A stretch of DNA of 64,000 bases. Source: Chiloscyllium plagiosum (taxonomy: Eukaryota). Location of the stretch: the NCBI RefSeq assembly GCF_004010195.1, contig NC_057731.1, forward strand, positions 43,616,623 through 43,680,622. The letters run 5' to 3'. Below the pieces are notes generated by a model. It searched no databases. It was not told where the DNA came from and saw nothing but the letters and a program-made list of their open reading frames with translations. The position numbers and the translations under genes are program-made. Below, piece by piece: positions 34,201 through 39,904 of the stretch. The stretch's first letter is position 1, and every line of letters begins with the position of its first letter.

Positions 34201-36821
34201 ACCCTTCAGTCCAACTCATCCATGCCGACCAGATATCCTAAACTAATCTAGTCCCATTTGCCAGCACTTGGCCCATATCCATCTAAACTCTTCCTATTCA
34301 TATACACATCCAGATGCCTCTTAAGTGTTGTAATTGAACCAGCCTCCACTTCCTCTGGCAGCTCATTCCAAACAACACCACCCTCTTGTGTGAAACAAGT
34401 TGCGCCTTCAGTCCCTTTTAAATTTTTCCTATGCCCTCCAGTTCTGGACTCCCCCATCCCAGGGAAAGACCTTGTCCATTTACCCTATCCATGCCTCTCA
34501 TGATTTTATAAATCATTGTAAGGTCACCCCTCAACCTCCCAACACTCCAGGGAAAACAGCCCCAACTCTATTTAACCTCTCTCTATAGCTCAAATCCTCC
34601 AACCCTGGCAAACATCCTTATAAATCTTTTCTGAACCCTTTCAAGTTTCACAACATCTTTCCGATAGGAAGGAGACCAGAACTGCAATATTCCAAAAGTG
34701 ACCTAACTACAGCCGCAACATGACCTCCCAACTCCTGTACTTAATACTCTGACCAATAAAAGGAAAGCATACCAAACACCTTCTTCACTATCCAATCTAC
34801 CTGTGACTCCTGCTAAGACTTGCTTTCCCTAAAATGCAGCACCTCACATTTATCTGAATTAAACTCCATCTGCCGGTTCTCAGCCCATTGGCCCATCTGA
34901 TCAAGGTCCCGTTGTAATCTGAGGTAACCCTCTTCACTGTCCACTACACAACCCTTTCAAATTTCACAACACCCTTCTGAAGGGAAGACCAGAATTATAC
35001 AAAATGCTCCAACTCCTATACTCAATGCTCTGACCAATAAAGGAAAGCACACAGAATGCCTTCTTCACTATCCTAGCTACCTTGTCATTGTGGAAAAATG
35101 TTCATGGCGTAGAGAATAACATAATAATTTTAACAGAAGATTCTGGCTAGCAGAAAACAGTATTCATAAATTGTTTTTGTCTGATTGGTAGGATGTGACT
35201 GGAGTACTGCAGGGATCTGAGCTGCAACCTCAACCTTTTACAGTTTAAATCAATAATTAACATGAGCAGAATGAAGGTATGGTGACAAAATTTGCAAAAG
35301 GCAATAAGATAGGTAGGAAGATAAGGAAGTTGCAGACGGATATAGATAGGGCAAAATCTGCCCATGGGGTATAATGTGGAAAAAAAGTGACTTTGTTCAC
35401 TTCAACAGGAAGAACGAAAAAGCAGTTTATTATTTAAATGGAAAGCAAGGACACAATTTTGAATTGCAGAGGGATTTATTATTTTGCTGCACAAGTCACA
35501 AAAACATTTGTATGCAGATACAACACAATCAAGGCGGCAAATGGAGTGGTATTATTTATTATAAGGTGAATTGCACACAAGAATAAAGATGTTATATTTC
35601 AGTTTTACAGGGCATTAGTCAGACCTCATCTCAAATACTCTGTGCAGTATTGTTCACCTTATTTAACGAAGTTTTGTAAATGCATTGGAATTGGTTCAGA
35701 GGAGGTTTACTAGATTTATAACTGGAATGAGAATATATGGATAGTCTGGGCTTGCTTCCACTGGCATTCAGAGGAGGAAGGGGTGACTTGATTGAAGTGT
35801 ATAACATCCTGAATTGTCTTGAAAGGGTGAACACTGAAAATATGCTTCTTTTTGTAGCTTAATCCAGATCTAGGAGGTTGCCATTTCAGGAGAAATGAGG
35901 AAAATTCTTTCCTTTCAGAAGGTGGCCAGGGTGGGTCAATGAATATTTTTAAGACGGAGATGGATAGATTCATGTTAGGCAGGGAACTCCTTGGAGATGA
36001 TGAGATTTGGAATTTAAAATGCAAACAGACCAGTTATTTGATTGAATGATGGAGCAGATTCAAGGAACCAAATGGTCTATTTTTGCTCCTATTTCATATG
36101 GTGGTATACACATTACCCATCAAACACACCTACTGCAGCAAGAGCATGGGTAAAGCTCCATTTATACGGCCTGCACACTTCATGCTCTCTATAAGAAGGG
36201 AAGCAGTTTCTTAATTGTTGATGTTTTGAACATTTGTAACTGAAAGATTGGTCTGAATAAAGTTATCTAGAATTCAAAGTATTTACTGATTCAATGGCTT
36301 GGCCACAAGGCCACAAGGGCACATACCCAGGCATTTTCAAATAGCCAGATTCTGGATTAGTGGTGCTGGAAGAGCACAGCAGTTCAGGCAGCATCCAAGG
36401 AGCAGCGAAATCGACGTTTCGGGCAAAAGCCCTTCATTTATTCCTGATGAAGGGCTTTTGCCCGAAAGGTCGATTTCACTGCTCCTTGGATGCTGCCTGA
36501 ACTGCTGTGCTCTTCCAGCACCACTAATCCAGAATCTGGTTTCCAGCATCTGCAGTCATTGTTTTTACCCCATTTTCAAATAGCCAACACCTGAAGGCAA
36601 CATATGACAGACATCAGAAACAACCCGAGTTATTTGATCTTCATTTTGCCGCAAACAGCAAAATACTTCCTGTAATCTGGAATTTTGCTGTTAACTTCTA
36701 ACCACAACTGTGTGACACTTACCTGAAACAGGTTTTCATCTTCCACGCTCCTCTTCACCTTTTCCCTAGTGGGATTTCTCTGCACCCCTCCACGAGGGAA
36801 ATCCTCATCCATTGCAGCCAT
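1167..36821 (-). CDS. PDCD11: PDCD11 / RRP5 homolog (S1-domain rRNA biogenesis protein), 23 coding exons in window, 3' part lies beyond window start
   Basis: N-terminus [12 protein letters not shown] and repeated S1-like domains (e.g. [37 protein letters not shown]). All traced exons join in frame with GT-AG boundaries. Synteny with ATP5MK and TAF5. Confidence 0.96.
1830..1932 (-). CDS. PDCD11: PDCD11 coding exon 22 (KLSGD...TCYVSK)
   Basis: ccacag| acceptor, |gtacag donor, 103 nt, phase 2/0. Confidence 0.88.
2030..3525 (+). mobile_element. Decayed CR1 LINE (RT region to 3' end)
   Basis: Frameshifted CR1 ORF2 peptides ([27 protein letters not shown]). Confidence 0.8.
4405..4467 (-). CDS. 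PDCD11: PDCD11 coding exon 21 ([20 protein letters not shown])
   Basis: ttttag| acceptor, |gtaagt donor, 63 nt; resembles the RRP5 LPISHP motif. Confidence 0.9.
4529..4842 (-). mobile_element. HE1/V-SINE
   Basis: tRNA-like head, V-domain GGGTTTCCTCCGG, (TCTAA)n tail on the minus strand. Confidence 0.85.
4995..5278 (+). mobile_element. HE1/V-SINE (internally deleted)
   Basis: ggtggctcagtggttagc A-box, ggttcgatt B-box, tgtgtggagtttgca V-domain. Confidence 0.8.
5470..6170 (+). mobile_element. DeuSINE (SacSINE1/AmnSINE1-like), interrupted by another repeat at about 5700-6010
   Basis: Deu-domain-like gagggtcagc...gatgagatgttaaac and 3' tail ttggctg...ttcctacaatacag...tatagaaatg. Confidence 0.55.
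6477..6988 (-). CDS. PDCD11: PDCD11 coding exon 20 (LKGISQH...GGREVKSH)
   Basis: Within ORF 6473..7018; ttgcag| acceptor, |gtaggt donor, 512 nt. Confidence 0.92.
7085..7730. repeat. Tandem array of a ~70-bp satellite-like unit (catcaaacactcccaggacagg...gttagatacagagtaaagctccctctacact)
   Basis: About 7 degenerate units; related copies at 18140-18200, 33240-33380, 36115-36165, 45355-45520, 57160-57260. Confidence 0.8.
8033..8148 (-). CDS. PDCD11: PDCD11 coding exon 19 (VSLSPGQQ...NVKK)
   Basis: ttgtag| acceptor, |gtacag donor, 116 nt, phase 1/0. Confidence 0.88.
8590..9495 (+). mobile_element. CR1 LINE fragments
   Basis: aaatcatgcttgacaaat RT segment; ORF 9091..9495 resembles the CR1 ORF2 C-terminus. 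Confidence 0.75.
9548..9697 (-). CDS. PDCD11: PDCD11 coding exon 18
   Basis: Within ORF 9516..9713; tttcag| acceptor, |gtaagt donor, 150 nt, phase 1/1. Confidence 0.9.
10453..10672 (-). CDS. PDCD11: PDCD11 coding exon 17 (AMSDKFV...LMSSR)
   Basis: Within ORF 10442..10690; ctccag| acceptor, |gtaatg donor, 220 nt. Confidence 0.93.
11226..11321 (-). CDS. PDCD11: PDCD11 coding exon 16 ([10 protein letters not shown]...LAPKA)
   Basis: ctttag| acceptor, |gtgagt donor, 96 nt; S1 motif. Confidence 0.93.
11600..12830 (+). mobile_element. Decayed Penelope-like element with terminal repeat, interrupted by a CR1 3' end (11844-12020, minus)
   Basis: Similar to the Penelope fragment at 31.9-32.5 kb; ends in cagttCTGATGAaaggtca. 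Confidence 0.6.
13286..13506. mobile_element. Tc1/mariner (Tigger-like) MITE
   Basis: Imperfect terminal inverted repeats gtcgttctgctataa / ttacagcagaactgactgTA. Confidence 0.5.
13564..13638 (-). CDS. PDCD11: PDCD11 coding exon 15 (ILCRKAA...LELQ)
   Basis: U12-type branch point CCCTTAAC then gctcag| acceptor, |gtgagc donor, 75 nt. Confidence 0.88.
13639..14325 (-). other. PDCD11: U12-type (minor spliceosome) GT-AG intron of PDCD11
   Basis: Donor GTATCCTTT (14325-14317); branch site CCCTTAAC (13658-13651) about 13 nt before the AG; no long pyrimidine tract. Confidence 0.88.
14326..14520 (-). CDS. PDCD11: PDCD11 coding exon 14
   Basis: Within ORF 14311..14538; tttcag| acceptor, |gtatcc donor, 195 nt. 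Confidence 0.92.
14709..14881. mobile_element. Palindromic Penelope-derived mini-element (family C) with 12-bp TSD
   Basis: TSD tcatttaattct at 14697-14708 and 14882-14893; inverted arms; minus-strand CTGATGA-GGAGC/GCTCC core. Confidence 0.8.
14940..15073 (+). mobile_element. Family C mini-element, second copy
   Basis: cacCTGACGAaggagcggtgctctGAAAg followed by aaacctgttggactataac...catctccaaat. Confidence 0.75.
15233..15270 (+). ncRNA. Minimal type I hammerhead ribozyme motif (family B mini-element 15231-15370)
   Basis: agtt-CTGAGGA-a-gggt(aatcag)acct-GAAAC-GTT-aact: stem I agtt/aact, stem II, palindromic AACGTT stem III. Confidence 0.65.
15644..15763 (-). CDS. PDCD11: PDCD11 coding exon 13 ([10 protein letters not shown]...PTGK)
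   Basis: tcccag| acceptor, |gtattt donor, 120 nt. Confidence 0.9.
16150..16344. repeat. ~38-bp minisatellite abutting a PDCD11 donor site
   Basis: About 5 units of gaccgccctcagtctgactctacccagtc(g/t)c(c/t)cctgct. Confidence 0.8.
16345..16596 (-). CDS. PDCD11: PDCD11 coding exon 12
   Basis: Within ORF 16312..16647; tctcag| acceptor, |gtgaga donor, 252 nt; S1 motif. Confidence 0.94.
16833..16979 (-). CDS. PDCD11: PDCD11 coding exon 11
   Basis: tttcag| acceptor, |gtgagt donor, 147 nt. Confidence 0.93.
17819..17879 (-). CDS. PDCD11: PDCD11 coding exon 10
   Basis: ttttag| acceptor, |gtaagt donor, 61 nt, phase 2/0. Confidence 0.88.
18334..18458 (-). CDS. PDCD11: PDCD11 coding exon 9 (KSHLSS...ALVSLR)
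   Basis: ttgcag| acceptor, |gtgagt donor, 125 nt. Confidence 0.9.
19516..19722 (-). CDS. PDCD11: PDCD11 coding exon 8
   Basis: Within ORF 19468..19737; ttccag| acceptor, |gtgagt donor, 207 nt. Confidence 0.92.
20424..20531 (-). CDS. PDCD11: PDCD11 coding exon 7 (VDTCGL...RPGQQ)
   Basis: ttgcag| acceptor, |gttagt donor, 108 nt. Confidence 0.9.
20662..20813. other. Assembly gap
   Basis: Run of N flanked by AG-rich simple repeat. Confidence 1.
21541..21722 (-). CDS. PDCD11: PDCD11 coding exon 6
   Basis: acttag| acceptor, weak AAG|gtgcag donor, 182 nt; phase fits both neighbours. Confidence 0.87.
22198..22321 (-). CDS. PDCD11: PDCD11 coding exon 5 ([19 protein letters not shown]...)
   Basis: ttgcag| acceptor, |gtgagt donor, 124 nt. 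Confidence 0.93.
22881..25363 (-). mobile_element. Young 5'-truncated CR1 LINE (ORF2 RT)
   Basis: 370-aa ORF with [33 protein letters not shown]; short repeat tail at 22881-22900; possible TSD tgaaga. Confidence 0.95.
23305..23379 (+). mobile_element. 75-bp family A mini-element nested in CR1, 16-bp TSD
   Basis: ctcaagggtatacaag at 23289-23304 and 23380-23395. Confidence 0.88.
25410..26110 (+). mobile_element. Decayed CR1 3' fragment
   Basis: cagctggagtacgtgtccagt and atctggaatgcac CR1 tail motifs. Confidence 0.7.
26608..26769 (-). CDS. PDCD11: PDCD11 coding exon 4
   Basis: ccccag| acceptor, |gtgagt donor, 162 nt; contains LKLSINP. Confidence 0.92.
27315..27555. mobile_element. Palindromic family B mini-element
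   Basis: Inverted arms around cagttCTGcTGAagggtcactggacccGAAAc. Confidence 0.7.
28717..28881 (-). CDS. PDCD11: PDCD11 coding exon 3
   Basis: caccag| acceptor, |gtgagt donor, 165 nt; first S1 domain. Confidence 0.93.
29589..29779. mobile_element. Palindromic family A mini-element, ~13-bp imperfect TSD
   Basis: cttgatttttagt at 29576 and cttgattttaagt at 29780; inverted arms. Confidence 0.75.
31603..32570 (-). mobile_element. Penelope-like retroelement 3' fragment (GIY-YIG endonuclease) with hammerhead-bearing terminal repeat
   Basis: ORF 31881..32417 has [28 protein letters not shown]; [11 protein letters not shown] upstream; family A repeat at 31603-31730; N gap 31911-31922. Confidence 0.9.
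32575..33020 (-). mobile_element. CR1 RT fragment
   Basis: [11 protein letters not shown]; LLEYCIEFW. Confidence 0.8.
33068..33205 (-). CDS. PDCD11: PDCD11 coding exon 2 (Lys-rich)
   Basis: ttccag| acceptor, |gtacgt donor, 138 nt. Confidence 0.85.
33395..36100 (+). mobile_element. Decayed CR1 LINE interrupted by an HE1 tail (33535-33620) and an opposite-strand CR1 3' end (34165-35080)
   Basis: [25 protein letters not shown] breaks at about 34163 and resumes at about 35085. Confidence 0.75.
36348..36570. mobile_element. Palindromic family A mini-element, 16-bp TSD
   Basis: cattttcaaatagcca at 36332-36347 and 36571-36586; ~90-bp near-perfect inverted arms; CTGATGA at 36444. Confidence 0.9.
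36723..36821 (-). CDS. PDCD11: PDCD11 coding exon 1 (exon spans 36723-36830, including 9 nt of 5'UTR)
   Basis: ATG at 36821; EDFPRGG motif; ctgcag| acceptor at 36831, |gtaagt donor. Confidence 0.93.
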
Positions 36822-36974
36822 TCTTGCAACCTGCAGAAAGAAGTAAGAATATCTTATAGTAGTAACAGTTCAGTGGGAAAGGATATTTCCGAGGAAGGTT
36901 GAAGGCTTTTTAAATGGGGTGGAGGGTTTGCTATGAGACAAGGCCCACAGGTGAGGTGAGGAGCAGGTTAATAT

Positions 36975-37890
36975 CAAAACAGAGATTGCTGCAGATCTAA
37001 CTACATCTGTGGATAGAAAGCAGAGTTAAAATTTTGAGTCCAATTATCATTCAGAACAGATAATAACTAGGAAAAGGACAAGGAGTGAGAGGACAAATTG
37101 TTTTGGAGCCCAGAGAGAGGGGGAGAAGAACAAATAGGAGGACTAAAGGATTAGTAATAGCATGCTCAAGATAAAGAAAAGTTGATATTGGGGACAATAA
37201 GTGGACGAAAGTGTATTGGCTGTGCTAAAAGCAGTCCCTATCATGATAGGGTCTGGGATGTAGGGATGGGTAAAGGATGACATTGAGTTTCAAACACTGT
37301 AGGGGACCCACATGGAAAATGAGATATTGTTCTTCCAACTTGTGCTAAGTCTTGCAGGAGCAGTGCAGCAGGCTGAGGCAGAAGTTTTGGCCACAGTATA
37401 TGTAGTGGTAGGCAATTGGAAGTTCAGGGTCAGTTTTGCGAACAGTAAGTAGGCATTCTGTAAAGCTGTCATCCAGTCTCCCAAAGTAGGGGAGAACACA
37501 GATTGAGTGAAGTGCTGGTAAGTCACTGCTACACCTGGAAAGTGTGTCTGGAGCCTTGGATATGAAGGAGGGTGGAGGTAAACAGGTAGGTGTTACAACC
37601 TTCTGTAATTGCATGGGAAGATGCCATGGGGGTGTTGGAAGTGGAGGAGGAATGGATCAAGGTATCCTGGAGGTAACAAGTTATACAAAATACTGACAGG
37701 GAGGACAAAACAGGCTTGGTGGAGGCATCCTGCTGGAGGTTGCGGAAATGGCAGCTTTTGGTGCTTATGATACAGATGCTGGTGGATTAGAAAGTGAGAA
37801 AGTAGGGGAGAGAAGGGATGAGGGCAGAAGTGTAGTAAATAGCTAAAGGCCATAGTGATGGGGAATGCTCAAGACATTTCTAAGCTGATC
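36975..37890 (-). mobile_element. Decayed Penelope-like element
   Basis: Degenerate similarity to the 31.9-32.5 kb element, with a family B-like end near 36980-37050. Confidence 0.5.
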
Positions 37891-37904
37891 ACCCACTGAC
37901 TCCA

Positions 37905-38057
37905 GATGATAGTCCAACAAGTTTATTTGGAAGTACTAGCTTTCAGAGCGCTGCTCCTTTATCAGGTGACGAAGGAGCGGCGCTTTGAAAGCTAGTGCTT
38001 CCAAATAAACCTGTTGGACGATAACCTGATGTTGTGTGATTCTTAACTTTGTCCAAC
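37905..38057. mobile_element. Palindromic family C mini-element next to the promoter
   Basis: gtccaacaagtttatttggaagtactagctttc...gaaagctagtgcttccaaataaacctgttggac. Confidence 0.8.
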
Positions 38058-38230
38058 ACTGGCCCCTCCACATCACTGACTCCATCAGACGAAGACTATA
38101 GGAAACAGAACAACTGGAGGAGGGGGTGATCATATGAACGACATCACTAACAATGTTTGATAATGTGAACGTTACCGAGGAGATCGTCAGTGACTCTGAA
38201 TCTGCTGAAACCGAACCCACGATCATTCAC

Positions 38231-38295
38231 ATGGCCATCGCCATGACACTAGCCTCCGGAAACGTTCACTGCCTCCAAACAACTACTTCCGGCGA
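38231..38295 (-). other. PDCD11: Putative non-coding first exon of PDCD11
   Basis: Lies in the CpG-rich region with a candidate donor |gtgaat at 38230. An upstream exon is required because the ATG exon has an acceptor. TSS position is inferred. Confidence 0.45.
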
Positions 38296-38660
38296 CACCC
38301 GTTGGTCAATCAATTCTTCCCCCCCCAATAGACAACCATCTTGGATGCGGCTCTTGCATATGACGTCACGGGGCGGTATGATAACAGACAGCCAATAACA
38401 ACCGAGTCTCTCCGGTGACGTTAGGGATTGACACTTGTGTTGCCCAACCGTCACTGTGGGAAGGCGGGTGCACATTTGCGGTTGACGTCTATATTATCCA
38501 ATGGCAGTGTAGTCTCTATGACGTAACGTCCGCTGGTGTTTATCCGGTTGAGTGGTGGTTGTTTACACCAATAAGAGTGGGGTTTGGGTGGTTATTTCCG
38601 GCGGAGGGAGGTTTAGTGGCTGGGGCCTGTGAAGGGCACGGGAAGTGACTGAGTGAAGGT
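38280..38660. promoter_or_regulatory. CpG-rich bidirectional promoter, PDCD11/ATP5MK
   Basis: ETS-like ACTTCCGG 38285 and GGGAAGTG about 38640; CCAAT at 38325, 38392, 38498, 38568; CRE TGACGTCA 38361 and variants at 38416, 38483, 38519; GC box GGGCGG 38371. Confidence 0.8.
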
Positions 38661-38850
38661 GAGAGTTGGTCGTGAGGTGTATGTGAAGCTGTTTCCTGGC
38701 CCCGGTGAGAGTGTAGCCTGACACCGCATTTGGGGAGTCTTTCCAGGAGTGAGGGTAAGACAGAATCATGCCCTGGGCTTGGTGCCCCCCGATCTGATCT
38801 GGGAGTCCTGAGATCAATTCCAGTTGTGCCCCAGAGACTGGCACGGCCCA

Positions 38851-38904
38851 CTGGCTGGGGCTGGGGCTGGGGCTGGGGCTGGGGCTGGGGCTGGGTCTGG
38901 GTCT
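38851..38904 (+). repeat. (GGGGCT)n hexamer tandem repeat, G-quadruplex-capable
   Basis: ctggctggggctggggctggggctggggctggggctggggctgggtctgggtct. Confidence 0.9.
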
Positions 38905-39487
38905 GCAGTGACAAAGATTCCTGTAACACGCCCGGTCGCTGTCTCCAGTGAGACAACGGGATTGTCAATGTAAACTGTCACGCTGTAGTTCCACCCTCCT
39001 ACATGAAGTGGCGCTATTAAAGGTGGTCTGCATTATAAATGTAAAGTAGCCAGTGTATGGAAGTAAAAGATAAGACATAGGAGCAGAACTTAGGCCATTC
39101 AGCCTATTGAGTCTGCTCTGCCATTCAATCATGGCTGATATCCTATAAGCTTCTCAACCCCATTCTCCAGCTTTCTCCCTGAAACCTTTCATACTCAAAA
39201 ACCTACCTATTCCAGTTTTAAATATACTCAATCGCCTAGATTCCATATCCTCTTGTGGCAATGAATTCCATAGATCCACCACTCACTGGCTGAAGATATT
39301 TCTCCTTATCTCTGTTCTAAAAGGCCTTCCCTTCACTCAAGATGTTGGAAAGTGTGTAGAGATTTCAGGGGAGTTGGTGCAATTCTCAGGAGAAATCTAA
39401 TATCAAAGTTTCTTGAGAATCTTCTGTTCACCCTTCACTCTGAATCACCACTTTAAACAGTCCAGAGGTTGACTTTAAGATGTGAAA

Positions 39488-39646
39488 TCTTTGAGGAGAA
39501 AGTGAGGTCTGCAGATGCTGGAGATCAGAGCTGGAAATGTGTTGCTGGAATGTGTTCCTGAAGAAGGGCTTATGCCCGAAACGTCGATTCTCCTGTTCCC
39601 TGGATGCTGCCTGACTTGCTGCGCTTTTCCAGCAACACATTTCCAG
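39488..39646. mobile_element. Family A mini-element with 14-bp TSD
   Basis: tttaagatgtgaaa at 39474-39487 and 39647-39660. Confidence 0.85.
39558..39585 (+). ncRNA. Minimal hammerhead ribozyme core (intact catalytic boxes)
   Basis: CTGAAGA-a-GGGC(ttat)GCCC-GAAAC-GTC; stem I is weak. Confidence 0.6.
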
Positions 39647-39817
39647 TTTAAGATGTGAAACTACAACTGATTCTGAGCCAAACTTGTAAAGCCTGAAAGG
39701 AGATGAAAAAGTTTTTCTGTCTTATTTGAAAATGATATGCACTGTGTATTTGGCACTGAGATACCTGATCATTTTAAATGATTCTGTTTCCCTCCACAGT
39801 TTGAGTGAGGAGAAAGG

Positions 39818-39904
39818 ATGGCAGGTCATGATGCTGGTAGCCAGCACCAGTTCACTGGTTTCCAGAAGTATTTCAATTCTTACACCATCACTGGGAGGAG
39901 GAAT
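39818..39904 (+). CDS. ATP5MK: ATP5MK coding exon 1 (exon starts 39800)
   Basis: ccacag| acceptor at 39799, ATG 39818, |gtaagt donor at 39905. Confidence 0.95.

Noticed and set aside
38540-38968. 142-aa ORF with QPQPQP and the opposite-strand GWGWGW ORF
   Set aside because: By-product of the (GGGGCT)n repeat and CpG island; no coding support.
38660-39800. miR-1307, which is hosted by mammalian USMG5
   Set aside because: No matching hairpin recognised; that miRNA is, to my knowledge, mammal-restricted.
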